DNA of 63,207 nt, the filler included, from Deltaproteobacteria bacterium (GTDB lineage Bacteria > Myxococcota > JACRCW01), in assembly GCA_016218805.1 (NCBI GenBank). It is 6 parts of 6 records of this genome, joined end to end, with 100 filler letters (N's around TTAATTAATTAA, not from the genome) between each part and the next. Parts side by side here need not be neighbours in the genome. Positions count along the whole stretch, not along the records: positions 13,860 to 31,357 come from JACRCW010000079.1; 5 more parts are not named here. One strand, given 5' to 3'. Below, piece by piece: positions 19,572 through 29,606 of this stretch. The notes under the pieces are model-generated. The model was given only the letters and a program-made list of their open reading frames with translations. It ran no database searches and was not told the origin of the DNA. Every line of letters starts with the position of its first letter. Positions within the stretch are counted from its first letter, which is position 1. The position numbers were made by a program, and so were the translations under genes.

Positions 19572-19949
19572 ATGCTGCCACTGGTTCTTGCCCTCTTGCT
19601 TGGCGTGGGACCCGGACCCTGTGCGCGCGCCGCAGAACGTGACCGTCCCATCACCCCCTTGCCCCCCACCTGGGGTCTGCAGCTGGTGGGCGTGGCGGTG
19701 GACCGGGAGGCGCAGCGCGTGGCCACCATCCGCCAGGGAGACCAGCGCAACGCGCTGTCTGCAGTGCGGCGGGTGGGTGACAAGCTGTTGGGTCGCGTGG
19801 AGGTGGTGGCCATTGGCTGGCGCAGCATCCTGGTGCGCGCCGATGGGAACCTGTTCATGCTGGGGCTCAAGGGGCGGCCGCACCGGGATTGGACGGACGT
19901 CCTGCGCAGGTGGCGGACGTGCTCGGAGACGGACGCCGGGCCCCGCTGA
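19572..19949 (+). CDS. small exported protein, GspC/PilP-like beta domain
   Basis: Signal peptide; LQLVGV...ATI...RVGDKL...VVAI pattern. Confidence 0.5.
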   Translation: MLPLVLALLLGVGPGPCARAAERDRPITPLPPTWGLQLVGVAVDREAQRVATIRQGDQRNALSAVRRVGDKLLGRVEVVAIGWRSILVRADGNLFMLGLKGRPHRDWTDVLRRWRTCSETDAGPR

Positions 19950-19961
19950 GGCCCGTGGCCT

Positions 19962-20564
19962 TCACTGCACGCCGGCCGCCGGTTTGCCGTTCCACGTGGC
20001 GGAGCACATCCACGCGCGAACGCCGGCGGGGCTGCGGTGCGTCTCAAACCGGGTCTCCCGCAGTTCCTCAAGCCACCAGCCACCCTGGAAGGCGCGGCGC
20101 AGCTCGCTCTCCTTCACGCGGCGCGGTCCGCCCCAGTCAGGCTCGTGCTCGGAGAAGCACAGCACGTGGAGCAGGCCGCCGGGGCGCAGCACGCGCGCCA
20201 GCATGCGCAGGTAGAGCGTCCAACCCTTGTCCGTGAGGGTGTGCATGAGCCCGCAGTCCAGCACCGTGTCAAAGGCCACGCCCAGCGTGTCCACCCGCAA
20301 CGCGTCATGCTGGCGCAGGTCCACGCGCGCCGCGGCGGCGCGGGCCTTGCCCCGCGCGCGCTCAATGGCGCGGCCCGAGAGGTCCACACCCACCACGTCC
20401 ATCCCCTGCAGCGCCAGCCAGATGGCCAGGTCCCCGGTGCCACACCCGCTGTCCAGCACGCGGCCGCGCAGCCCACCGCGGGCGTGCAGTTCCACAAACG
20501 CGGGTTGCGGGTGGCCCACGTCCCACGGCGGCGTTCCGTCGTACATCGCATCAAACGGGTTCAT
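19962..20564 (-). CDS. class I SAM-dependent methyltransferase (TPMT/TehB-like)
   Basis: PPWD, VLDSGCGTG and FDTVLDCG. Confidence 0.9.
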   Translation of the reverse strand: MNPFDAMYDGTPPWDVGHPQPAFVELHARGGLRGRVLDSGCGTGDLAIWLALQGMDVVGVDLSGRAIERARGKARAAAARVDLRQHDALRVDTLGVAFDTVLDCGLMHTLTDKGWTLYLRMLARVLRPGGLLHVLCFSEHEPDWGGPRRVKESELRRAFQGGWWLEELRETRFETHRSPAGVRAWMCSATWNGKPAAGVQ

Positions 20565-20577
20565 GATGCCGGCGCTC

Positions 20578-21426
20578 CTACTTCACCGTCATGCCGCTGT
20601 CTGCGTCCGGTGAAGGCGGCGCCGCGGGCGGCGGGGTGGGAGCCAGGAAGCTGCCGCCCTGCCCTCCCGGCACCGGTGACGACGGAGCGCCGGCTCCCGC
20701 GGACGGGGGAGCGTTGGCGGGCGGCGGCGTTTCCACCAGGTCGTAGCTGATTTCGGGTTCGCCCGGCGCTTTGAGCCGGCCCCACTTCTTGAGGAAGAAC
20801 GCGGTGGCCAGCCCGTTGACGGTGGCGTCCACCAGGCAGCGCCCCAGGCAGGCGGCGGGCGCCAGCGGCGTCACAATGAACGGCAGGCAGCAGCACAGGT
20901 CCACGCCGAACTGCAGGGCTCCCGCCAGCGCGACCACGCGCAGCGGCGCGCGCACATCCAGCTGGCGGGCGGCAAACGTCCACCCGGCGGCCGACGCGAT
21001 GAACGGGATGGCAAGCCCCACGATCTGCAGGACCGTGCCCGCGAACGGGATGACGCCGAGGAACGGGCTCAACAGCGTCCAGCCCACCAGCACGGCCGCC
21101 GTGACGCCGCCAGCCTTGAGCGCCGTGCTCCAGGTGAGTTCGCCGCCCGCGGCAGCGGCCGGCGGGGACGCTGCGTCCGGGGTCCCGGCAGCGGGCTTGC
21201 CGGGCTCCTGTCCATCCGGGCCGCCCACGCCCAGCTCGTCCCAGGAACGTGCCGGGGTGCCGCCGGGCGGTGGCGGCGCGGCGGGCGGCGGTGACGCCGC
21301 GGGTGGCGGGACCGGCGCGTCAATGAGCGGGTCCGGACCGGACTGTGCCGCGGCAGCGCCTGCCCACAGGAGCCCGAGGACCACCATCGCCGTGCGGGCC
21401 AGCGTTCCCATCAGTTGCTCCTTCAC
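20578..21426 (-). CDS. hypothetical membrane protein with Pro-rich linker
   Basis: Signal peptide, Pro-rich stretch and about 4 TM helices with a CCC motif. Confidence 0.7.
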   Translation of the reverse strand: MKEQLMGTLARTAMVVLGLLWAGAAAAQSGPDPLIDAPVPPPAASPPPAAPPPPGGTPARSWDELGVGGPDGQEPGKPAAGTPDAASPPAAAAGGELTWSTALKAGGVTAAVLVGWTLLSPFLGVIPFAGTVLQIVGLAIPFIASAAGWTFAARQLDVRAPLRVVALAGALQFGVDLCCCLPFIVTPLAPAACLGRCLVDATVNGLATAFFLKKWGRLKAPGEPEISYDLVETPPPANAPPSAGAGAPSSPVPGGQGGSFLAPTPPPAAPPSPDADSGMTVK

Positions 21427-22631
21427 ACCGCGGTGAGCCCGGAACGGCGCGCCGTGCGCGGGCCGTTCCCCACCAGGCGTTCCAGCACTTCTACCATCCG
21501 CGCCTCAAAGCGCGCCCGCGAGAACCGCTCCGCCTGTGCCCGCAGCACGTCGGGCCGGAACCCGGGCTCCGCGGCAAGGAAGCGCTCCACCGCCGCGCAC
21601 AGCCCGTCCACGGACTGCTCGGGGAACAGCACGCCCGTTGCGGTGGGGCCTTCGGCCGCGTCCACCACCGTCTCCGTGGCGCCACCGCGGCCCAGTGCAA
21701 TGACGGGCGTACCGGAGGCCATGGCCTCCAGCGGCGTGATGCCAAAGTCCTCCTCGCCGGGGAAGACCAACGCGCGCGCACCCGCGTACGCAGCGGCCAC
21801 CTCCTGGTCAGACAGGCGGCCCAGCAGCTTGACGGTGGGCCCGCACAGCGGGCGGATGCGCGCGGCGTCCTGCCCCCCGCCCACAATGTGCAGCGGCAGC
21901 CGCAGGCGGTTGAACGCTTCCACCGCAAGGTCCACGCGCTTGTACGGCGCAAACGCGCCCACCATGAGGAAGGGCCCGTCCGGCCTGGGCCAGAGGCCGG
22001 CCCGCGCAAACCGGTCCATGTCCACCGGCGGGTGCACCACCACGGAGTCCCGCCGGTAGCGCGCCGTGATGCGCCGGGCCACGTGGTGGCTGTTGGCCAG
22101 GTAGTGGTCCACGCGCGCGGCGGTGACTTCGTCCCACAGGCGCAGGTGGTGCATCAGGTAGCGCACCCCGCCGCCCAACGCGGCGGGCAGGCGCGTGGCG
22201 CCAAAGTAGTCGGGGAACTGCTCGTACGCGTAGCGCATGGGCGTGTGCACGTAGCTCACGTGCGTGGCGGACGGCGGGACAATGACCCCCTTGGCCACGC
22301 AGTGGCTGGAGGACACCACCAGGTCATACCCGCGGAAATCCCACGCCTCCACGGCGTGCGGGAACAGCGGCAGCAGCGCGCGGTGGTAGCGGTGCGCACC
22401 CGGCAGCCGCTGCACAAACGACGGGACCACGCGGTGCCGCGCAATGACGGCGCCCACATCGCCGGTGAGCCCGCCCCCGTGGTGCACCAGCGTGTACACC
22501 GGCGCGCCGGGGAACAGGCGGCACAGCGAGGCCAGCACGCTCTCACCGCCACGCGTGGACACCAACCAATCATGCACCAGCGCCACGCGCAGGCCGCGCA
22601 GCGACGGGGGAAGCGCAGGGACGGGAATCAC
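21423..22631 (-). CDS. glycosyltransferase family 4
   Basis: HDWL...GGE, YVHTPMRY, YKR and EDFGITPLEAMASG. Confidence 0.93.
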   Translation of the reverse strand: MIPVPALPPSLRGLRVALVHDWLVSTRGGESVLASLCRLFPGAPVYTLVHHGGGLTGDVGAVIARHRVVPSFVQRLPGAHRYHRALLPLFPHAVEAWDFRGYDLVVSSSHCVAKGVIVPPSATHVSYVHTPMRYAYEQFPDYFGATRLPAALGGGVRYLMHHLRLWDEVTAARVDHYLANSHHVARRITARYRRDSVVVHPPVDMDRFARAGLWPRPDGPFLMVGAFAPYKRVDLAVEAFNRLRLPLHIVGGGQDAARIRPLCGPTVKLLGRLSDQEVAAAYAGARALVFPGEEDFGITPLEAMASGTPVIALGRGGATETVVDAAEGPTATGVLFPEQSVDGLCAAVERFLAAEPGFRPDVLRAQAERFSRARFEARMVEVLERLVGNGPRTARRSGLTAV

Positions 22632-23140
22632 GCGCGGCTCCCGGAAGCGGTGCGGCCCTCACGGCCGGCCAGCGCGCGGCCCAGCGCGGCCAGCAGGCGC
22701 AACGGCTCCCCCAGCCAGCGGCGCGCCACCGTGGCCGCGGAGGCATCCAACGCGTGCCGCGCCACCGGCGCGCCGTACGCCACCAACGCCACCACCAGCA
22801 GCGGCCCGGCCAGGCCCACCGCAAACCGCCACCACGCCGGCTCCAGGGCCACAAACGTGGAGAACCCTACCAGCAGCAGCGCGGCCAACGCGGCCGACAT
22901 GCACACGTGCACGGGGTTGCGGGCCCCGCGGTACGCGCCCGCCAGCGCCGCCGCCGCGGTGACGGCGGATGCGGTGCAGGCCAACGGCACGGCGGTCTGC
23001 ACCAGGCGGTCCGCCTCCAGGCCCACTAGGGCGGGGGCGGCCAGCAACAGGGATGGGGGCACCGCCGCCGCACCGACCAGGAGCGAAGCGGCCACGGGGC
23101 GTGCCACGCGGCGGGGCGGGCCTTCCGGGGTGGCGCTCAC
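22628..23140 (-). CDS. hypothetical membrane protein
   Basis: About 4 TM helices; 4-bp overlaps with both neighbours. Confidence 0.65.
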   Translation of the reverse strand: MSATPEGPPRRVARPVAASLLVGAAAVPPSLLLAAPALVGLEADRLVQTAVPLACTASAVTAAAALAGAYRGARNPVHVCMSAALAALLLVGFSTFVALEPAWWRFAVGLAGPLLVVALVAYGAPVARHALDASAATVARRWLGEPLRLLAALGRALAGREGRTASGSRA

Positions 23141-24027
23141 TTGTTCACCTCCAGCACGCGGTGGGTCACGGCCAGCACGTCCATGCTCCAGGCCACCAGC
23201 ATGTGCAAGAGCGCGCCGTACAGGAAGCTGCGTTCGCGCAGCGCAAAGAAGCCCAGGAAGATGCCCGCCACCACGCTGCCCAGCGCCTCCGGTTCCGGCT
23301 TGCCCACGTGCATCACCGCAAACGGCACCGTTGCCACAAACACGCCGTAATACCCAAGCGACCGGAACAGCGCGAATCCCATGAAGCCGCGGAAAAAGAA
23401 TTCCCAACCAATGAAGTACAGCCCGTAGGACGCTTCAAACAGCAGCAACGGCCACACCGACCCGCCCTGGCCGGTGAAGTACCGGACCGCCTCATCCCCC
23501 ACGAAGTGGTTGAGCGGGTAGGTGTTCTTGAACGCCCCGAAAAAACTCACCGCAACGACGACGGGAAGGAACAGGCCGTAGATCCCGAACACCCACTTGA
23601 GCCCGTTGCGCCAGTTGCCCACCTGCAGGCCCAGCTCACGCGGGCGCATCCCCAGCAGCAGCCAACCCACCCCCATGGGGACCAGGAACAGCACAATGGG
23701 GCCCATCCAGAACCAGTACAGGTGTCCAAACATGGGCCGCAGGTAAGGACTCCAACCGCCCAGCAGTGGACGTATCTGGCGTTCGAACGACCCCACGGTG
23801 CAGTGGATCTGCGTGAACACCAGCCACCCGCCGCAGAACGCCAGCAGCGCGGCCACCCGCACGTCCACCACCGCGTTGGCCAAACGCCACAGCCGCGTGA
23901 GGCGCGCGCGCAGTGGCAGCCCGCGCACCAGCGGGTCCATCTGCGCGTCCAGCACGGCCGCGGGCATGCGGGGGGGCGCCGGCAGCACCGGCGGCGGGGA
24001 TTGGGTCGGTGTTGGCTCAGCGCTCAT
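23137..24027 (-). CDS. CPBP (CAAX protease/Abi) family intramembrane protease
   Basis: WEFFFRG, FAVMH and C-terminal LLH motifs. Confidence 0.88.
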   Translation of the reverse strand: MSAEPTPTQSPPPVLPAPPRMPAAVLDAQMDPLVRGLPLRARLTRLWRLANAVVDVRVAALLAFCGGWLVFTQIHCTVGSFERQIRPLLGGWSPYLRPMFGHLYWFWMGPIVLFLVPMGVGWLLLGMRPRELGLQVGNWRNGLKWVFGIYGLFLPVVVAVSFFGAFKNTYPLNHFVGDEAVRYFTGQGGSVWPLLLFEASYGLYFIGWEFFFRGFMGFALFRSLGYYGVFVATVPFAVMHVGKPEPEALGSVVAGIFLGFFALRERSFLYGALLHMLVAWSMDVLAVTHRVLEVNK

Positions 24028-24117
24028 GACGACGGAGCGGCCCTACCAGAGCGCGTTGCGCCGGCGCAATGACGGCGGACGTGCGCGCACGAGGCGGCGC
24101 GCGTAGGTTCCACGCCC

Positions 24118-24900
24118 ATGCAATGCCCCGGCTGCCGCGCCAGCCTCCCGGTGAACTTGGACCGGCAACGGTGTCCGCGCTGCGGCCGCCCGCTGGGTCC
24201 CCGCCAGCCGGAGACCTCCTCGCCGTCGCGGGAGTTCGTCCTGGCCGCGCCGTCCTGGGGGCCGGGCTCCGTGTGGGATGCCTGGGTTCACGTCCTGGAG
24301 CTCACCTTCTCGCCCCGGGTGGGCTGGGAGCGCGCCGCCGGTGACACCGGCGTCTTCGCCGGACGGCGCTCGCCGCCCGCCGTCGTCTCACTCCTGCTGT
24401 CCACGCTGGGCGCGCTGCTGGTGGGCGTGGTGATGGCCACGGTGGGGCGCCGCTACGGCGTGGGTGACTACGGCACCGCGCGCGCCTGGTCCGCTCCGCG
24501 CGTGGCCCTGGTGACTGCCGCCTGGCCGGCGCTGGGCTGGCTGGCCATGACGCTGGGACGCGCCTGGGCGCGCGCGGTGCTGCCGGCGGATGCGGACCGC
24601 GCGCGAACCGGACGCAACGCCTCGCTCGTGGCGGTCCTGGGAGCCGCACCGGCGCTGGCCAGCACCGCGCTCGCGGCCGCCTGGCTGCTGCCGGACGTGG
24701 GACCGTTTCTCGTCCTGGGCGGGCTGCTGTACGCGGGTCACGCGTGCTTCCTGGGCATGTGGCGCGGCAGCGGCCTGTTGCTGGACCTGGACGCCGCGGC
24801 CCGCCGCCGGGTGGCCTGGCGTCTGGCCGCCCCGCTGGCCCTGCTCTACGTGCTGGCCGGCGCCGGGGGACTGGCGCTGCTGCTGGCGCTGGAGGCGTGA
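24118..24900 (+). CDS. Yip1-like membrane protein with N-terminal zinc ribbon
   Basis: CPGC...CPRC followed by about 5 TM helices. Confidence 0.65.
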   Translation: MQCPGCRASLPVNLDRQRCPRCGRPLGPRQPETSSPSREFVLAAPSWGPGSVWDAWVHVLELTFSPRVGWERAAGDTGVFAGRRSPPAVVSLLLSTLGALLVGVVMATVGRRYGVGDYGTARAWSAPRVALVTAAWPALGWLAMTLGRAWARAVLPADADRARTGRNASLVAVLGAAPALASTALAAAWLLPDVGPFLVLGGLLYAGHACFLGMWRGSGLLLDLDAAARRRVAWRLAAPLALLYVLAGAGGLALLLALEA

Positions 24901-27047
24901 GCCCAACGCCGGCGGGCCACCAGCACAACGGCAGCTCCAAGCGCAATGCCCAACGCCGTGAGCGTCCACCCACGGCCGGCCGCGGGCAGCGGACCGGGCT
25001 CCAACACCACGCGCGTGACGCCGGGCGGCACCTCCAGGCGGATGAACACCTGCCGTGACGACGGGAACAGCGAGGCGCGCTTGAGGATGACGCCCGGTCC
25101 CTCCGCCACGCGCCACCGCGGGTGCCAGCGCGCACGCACCGCCAGCGCGCCGCCCGTCGGCGGGAGTTCCAGCACCACCGCCTGGCGGTCAAAGCGCGTG
25201 ACCCGCACGCCGTCCATCCCCGTCGCCACGCGATGATCCGCCGCCAGGCGCGGCAGCTCCCACAGGTGCACGTCCCCGGGGAACACCCCCCGTTCCACCG
25301 CCCCGGGCCCGGGCGGCATGGCACCCAGCTTCACCCAGTGCGTGGCGCCACCGCCGGTCATTTCCGCGTACGTGTGCTGGCCCTGCTGCGGCCCCACGTC
25401 ACGGAAGACAAACGTGCCGTGCAGCCGCTGCGTGCCGGCCACACGGACACCGGTGTGACGGTTCACCCACGCCGGAAGGTGCGCCTGCGCGTTGCCACCC
25501 GTGGGCATGTCCACAATGAGCAGCGCGTCCGCCGCACCCGTGTTCCGCACCTGCTGCGCCGCCTGCAGCAGGCCGGCCGCGTAGGGCAGGTCATCAACCC
25601 GCGGCAGGTCCGCCACCCGTTTGAGGTGGCTGCGGTTCCACGTGGGACGCCACCCAAGGTCCAGCGCCGCCACTGCCACCGCAACGGTGGCCACGCCAAA
25701 CAGCACTCCCACGGCCGGGCGCCGCCGCGACAGCAGCGCCGCGGCGGCCCAGCGCGCGCCTTGGGCCACCGCCACGCCGGCGGCAAACAGCACGGACAGG
25801 CGCGCCAGCGCCCAGTAGCGCGGCCACTGCATCAGCTCCGCCGTCTCCTGCAGGGACCTGGGCGCCAGCGCCTCCACCACGTCCACACCCAGCCACAGCG
25901 TGCCCAGCGCCAGCCCGCCCACCGCCCAGCGCGCGGCCACCGCACCACGCCGCCACAACAGCACGGTGCCCGCCGCCGCCAGCACGGCCTCCAGCGCGCT
26001 CATCCGCTCAAAGAATGACAACGCGAACGCGCGTTCGGCGAACGGCGGCAGCAACCGCTGCGGGTCCCCCCACGGCGTCAACTCCGCTTTCATGGCGTTG
26101 AACGGGACCAGCAGCCAGCCCGCGCTGGCCGCCGCCGCCGCCGCACCGGCAAGGAGCAGGCCCCAGGTCCACGCCGGGGCGCGCGCCGGCTGGCGCGCCA
26201 CCCACCAGTACAGCAGCGTGGCCGCCGCATAGGTGATGCCCGCAACGTGCGAGTTGACCGCCGCGGCCAGCACCAGGACGTACACCGCCACGCGCGCCGG
26301 TGACGGCCGGTGCAGCACGCGGTCCGCGCACCACAACGCCGCCACACACAGCAGCATGGACAACCGGAACGGCCACACGCCGGCCACCAGCAGCGGCACC
26401 AACCCGCCCTGGTGGAAGATCCCGGGGTCCAGCAGCAGCAGCAGCGCCCCGCACACCACCGGCCACGTCCGCAACCCGCGCCCCAGGTACAGCGCCACCA
26501 CCAGGGGAAAACCCGCCGTGAGCAGCGCCACCTGCACGGCCAGGAACGCGTCCACGCCCACCGCGCCGCCCGTCAGCACCTGGGTCCAGGCCGCGGGTAG
26601 GTACGGCAAAAGCGAATAATCATCCCCTTCCGCCCAGCCGAAGTTGTGCGAGAAGGTCCATCCGCGCAGGCCGGGAAACAACTCGGTGGCCAGCAGGTTG
26701 GCGTGCCAGGCGTGCACCGGGAAGTCCCAGCCCGCCAGCGTGCCCAGGCCCGTCATCACCGTGGGAAGCAACCGCCACGCCGCCACCCCGACGACCAACG
26801 CGGTGATCACCGCTGGGGTCCACCCCGGCCACCGGATGCGCCGCAGGGGCCCGCGCACCCGGGCCCGCGCTGAGGTGCCCACCGCCAACGCGCGCACCAC
26901 CAGCAGCAACGCCGCCCACCGCAGCGGCTTGCCCAGCAGGAGCTCACCGGTCTGGGCGGCCCAGGCCCATGCCCCAAGGGCCGCCAGCGCCCAGGGGAGC
27001 GCCGCCAGGAGGCGACGGGCACGCGGTGTCCGCGGTGACATGGCCAC
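24846..27047 (-). CDS. polytopic membrane protein, putative GT-C glycosyltransferase (PTPS-related membrane family)
   Basis: GWDFPVH loop, many TM helices and a C-terminal periplasmic domain with WHPRW. Confidence 0.7.
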   Translation of the reverse strand: MAMSPRTPRARRLLAALPWALAALGAWAWAAQTGELLLGKPLRWAALLLVVRALAVGTSARARVRGPLRRIRWPGWTPAVITALVVGVAAWRLLPTVMTGLGTLAGWDFPVHAWHANLLATELFPGLRGWTFSHNFGWAEGDDYSLLPYLPAAWTQVLTGGAVGVDAFLAVQVALLTAGFPLVVALYLGRGLRTWPVVCGALLLLLDPGIFHQGGLVPLLVAGVWPFRLSMLLCVAALWCADRVLHRPSPARVAVYVLVLAAAVNSHVAGITYAAATLLYWWVARQPARAPAWTWGLLLAGAAAAAASAGWLLVPFNAMKAELTPWGDPQRLLPPFAERAFALSFFERMSALEAVLAAAGTVLLWRRGAVAARWAVGGLALGTLWLGVDVVEALAPRSLQETAELMQWPRYWALARLSVLFAAGVAVAQGARWAAAALLSRRRPAVGVLFGVATVAVAVAALDLGWRPTWNRSHLKRVADLPRVDDLPYAAGLLQAAQQVRNTGAADALLIVDMPTGGNAQAHLPAWVNRHTGVRVAGTQRLHGTFVFRDVGPQQGQHTYAEMTGGGATHWVKLGAMPPGPGAVERGVFPGDVHLWELPRLAADHRVATGMDGVRVTRFDRQAVVLELPPTGGALAVRARWHPRWRVAEGPGVILKRASLFPSSRQVFIRLEVPPGVTRVVLEPGPLPAAGRGWTLTALGIALGAAVVLVARRRWAHASSASSSASPPAPAST

Positions 27048-27074
27048 GCCGCTACCACGGAAGGCCCGCGGCGC

Positions 27075-28106
27075 TCACCGCATGAACGCGGGGTCCTCCA
27101 ACACCTGCGCGCGGCAACCACCGGCGTCCGCCGTCGTCACCGGGTTGCAGCGGGACGGCGCGCCGCCGGGAATCTCCAACGCGTAATTGATGCCCGCGTC
27201 CGGGACCGGCGCCGGATAGTCCGTGGAGATGAAGTGCGCGCCGGAGGCCAGGGCAGCCTCCAGGCGCGTGCGGTCGTTCGCCAGCGGCTCCACGCTGTCC
27301 GAGTCCGCCCGCGTGCGCACCAGCAACCCCGCCGCCAGTGCGGCGGCCAGGGCGGGACCCTGCGGCACGGGGTCGTTGAGCACGGCCACGGCGGCAAACG
27401 GGTCAGACGGCGCCGAGTCCACAAACATCACCCGCCCGTCCAGGTGGGCCAGCCCGTGCGTGTATTGCCGGCGCACCTCGCCCGCGTCATCCATGGCAAA
27501 CACCGCCTTGCCGCGCAGCCGCCCCAGCACCGGCCAGCCGGCCGTCCGCACGGCCTCGGCCAGCGTGGCCGCGCCGGCCCGCACGTCATCCGGTGTCAGC
27601 AGCCGCTCCCGTCCCCACACCGCCAGGATGTCCCCCTCCAGCTTCTGGAAGAACGGCTCCAGGTCCCCCGTCGTCGCGCCGCTCTTGGGCTCCACCTGGA
27701 TGAACAGCGGGTGGTGCGCGGGGTGCGCGTCCGACCAGCCCTTGAGCACGCCCAGGCACTCCCGGAACGTGGCGCACGTGGTGACGTTGTCAACAATGGC
27801 GAGGTGGAAGACCTGCAACTCGGGGGCGCCGGACATTTCGTGCACGTCCAGTTCAAAAGCGCGCACGCCCAGTTCCTCCGCCTGCCGGTCCAGCGGCAGG
27901 TGCGTGTAGTTCCACGGCGTGGCGTCGGCATCACCCTGCACGTGGTAGCTGTTGTGCGTGGCCTTGGCCTGCAGGTGGAACAGCGTCCACCGCTCGTCTT
28001 CCGGGTAGCTCCACGCGCGGCCCGCGTCCGCCGGGTGACGGCCCGGTGAACATGCGGTGAACACGGACCACGTCGCCATCACCGCCAGCGGGAATGCGCG
28101 CTCCAT
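27075..28106 (-). CDS. phosphoinositide-specific phospholipase C (Ca2+-dependent type) lipoprotein
   Basis: THNSYH, ELDVH, SGAHFISTDYP and CNPV. Confidence 0.85.
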   Translation of the reverse strand: MERAFPLAVMATWSVFTACSPGRHPADAGRAWSYPEDERWTLFHLQAKATHNSYHVQGDADATPWNYTHLPLDRQAEELGVRAFELDVHEMSGAPELQVFHLAIVDNVTTCATFRECLGVLKGWSDAHPAHHPLFIQVEPKSGATTGDLEPFFQKLEGDILAVWGRERLLTPDDVRAGAATLAEAVRTAGWPVLGRLRGKAVFAMDDAGEVRRQYTHGLAHLDGRVMFVDSAPSDPFAAVAVLNDPVPQGPALAAALAAGLLVRTRADSDSVEPLANDRTRLEAALASGAHFISTDYPAPVPDAGINYALEIPGGAPSRCNPVTTADAGGCRAQVLEDPAFMR

Positions 28107-28195
28107 GCGTCGGCAGCCTACACCCAACACCCGCGCGGCGGCTGGATCGGGTCGCCCGGATGGGGTACGGCCGCGCCTCGCCCGGAGAACGCCGC

Positions 28196-29599
28196 ATGCC
28201 CGCCTGGCTGAACCAGCTGCTGCCGATCCTCCTCATCCTCGGGGCGGTGTTTGTTGTCCTTGGGCGCCTGCCGCGCGTGGAGCTGGGCCACACGGAGGCC
28301 TACAAGCGGCGCCGGTTCCTCAACTGGTTCCCGCTGGGGATGACCTACGCGTTCCTGTACATGGGGCGGTACAACCTGTCGGCCAACGCGTCTTTGCTGG
28401 ACCAGGCGGGCATCCTCACCAAGGAGCAGTTTGGCGTGGTGGACGGGTGGGGGTCCGCCGTCTACGGCGTGGCGTTCCTGCTCAACGGCCCGCTGACGGA
28501 CCGCTGGGGCGGACGGGTCACCATCCTGCTGGCCGCGGGCGGCTCCGCCGTCATGAACGCGCTCATGGGCCTGATGTTCTCCCTGGCCATGGACGGGTCC
28601 CTGGGGGACAAGGCCGCGCTGTCCCCCACCATCACCGTGCTGTTCTGCGCCAACATGTATTTCCAGAGCTTTGGCGCGGTTTCCATTGTCAAGGTGAACG
28701 CGCCGTGGTTCCACGTGCGCGAGCGCGGTGTGCTGGGCGGCGTGTTCGGTATCCTCATCTCGCTGGGGCTGTACTTTGCGTATGACTGGAGCCGGTTCAT
28801 TGCCCGGTCCATTTCGCTGTCCGCCGCGTTCCTGGTCCCCGCGCTCATCCTGCTGGTGTTCACCGTGGTGGACACCTTCCTCATCCGTGACACGCCTTCC
28901 GCGGCGGGTCACCCGGACTTTGACACCGCGGACGCTTCCTCGGGGGACAACGGCCCGCCGCTGGGTGTGCTGGAGGTGGCGCGGCGGATGTTCTCGCAGC
29001 GGGTGATCATCATCATCGTGGGGGTGGAGTTCTGCAGCGGCTTCCTGCGCAACGCCATCATGAAGTGGTACCTGGTCTACGCGGACAAGATTGGCGAGAA
29101 GGCCGCCTTCGTCGCGCAGAACTGGGGCGTGCTGCTGTGCATTGCGGGCATCATGGGCGGCGTGTTTGCGGGCTTCATCTCGGACCACGTGTTTGACTCA
29201 CGGCGGGGGCCCGTGGCCAGCGTGCTGTACGGCGGCCTGGTCGTCGGCGGGGTCATGGTCACCTTTGCGCTGGGCAGCCCGGTGGTGGCGTGGACGGTGG
29301 TGTTCATGTCGCTGTGCGTGATTGGCGTGCACGGCATGCTGTCTGGCACGGCGAGCATGGACTTTGGCGGCCGGAAGAACGCGGGGGTGGTCACCGGCAT
29401 CATTGACGGGTTTGTGTACCTGGGCACCGCCGCGCAGTCGTTCCTCTACGCGCGCATCCTGCCGCACGGCGCGGACGCGGCCAACGCCGCCAACTGGATC
29501 AGCTGGCCCGTCGCCATGCTGCCTGTCGCCGCGGTGGGACTGGTCCTGGCCACGCGGGTGTGGAACGCCCGGCCGCAGGGGCGCGCCCGGCCCGCCTGA
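28196..29599 (+). CDS. MFS transporter (GlpT/UhpC-like)
   Basis: About 12 TM helices; YMGRYN, WFHVRERG and GIIDGFVY. Confidence 0.88.
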   Translation: MPAWLNQLLPILLILGAVFVVLGRLPRVELGHTEAYKRRRFLNWFPLGMTYAFLYMGRYNLSANASLLDQAGILTKEQFGVVDGWGSAVYGVAFLLNGPLTDRWGGRVTILLAAGGSAVMNALMGLMFSLAMDGSLGDKAALSPTITVLFCANMYFQSFGAVSIVKVNAPWFHVRERGVLGGVFGILISLGLYFAYDWSRFIARSISLSAAFLVPALILLVFTVVDTFLIRDTPSAAGHPDFDTADASSGDNGPPLGVLEVARRMFSQRVIIIIVGVEFCSGFLRNAIMKWYLVYADKIGEKAAFVAQNWGVLLCIAGIMGGVFAGFISDHVFDSRRGPVASVLYGGLVVGGVMVTFALGSPVVAWTVVFMSLCVIGVHGMLSGTASMDFGGRKNAGVVTGIIDGFVYLGTAAQSFLYARILPHGADAANAANWISWPVAMLPVAAVGLVLATRVWNARPQGRARPA

Positions 29600-29606
29600 C
29601 CGCGCC

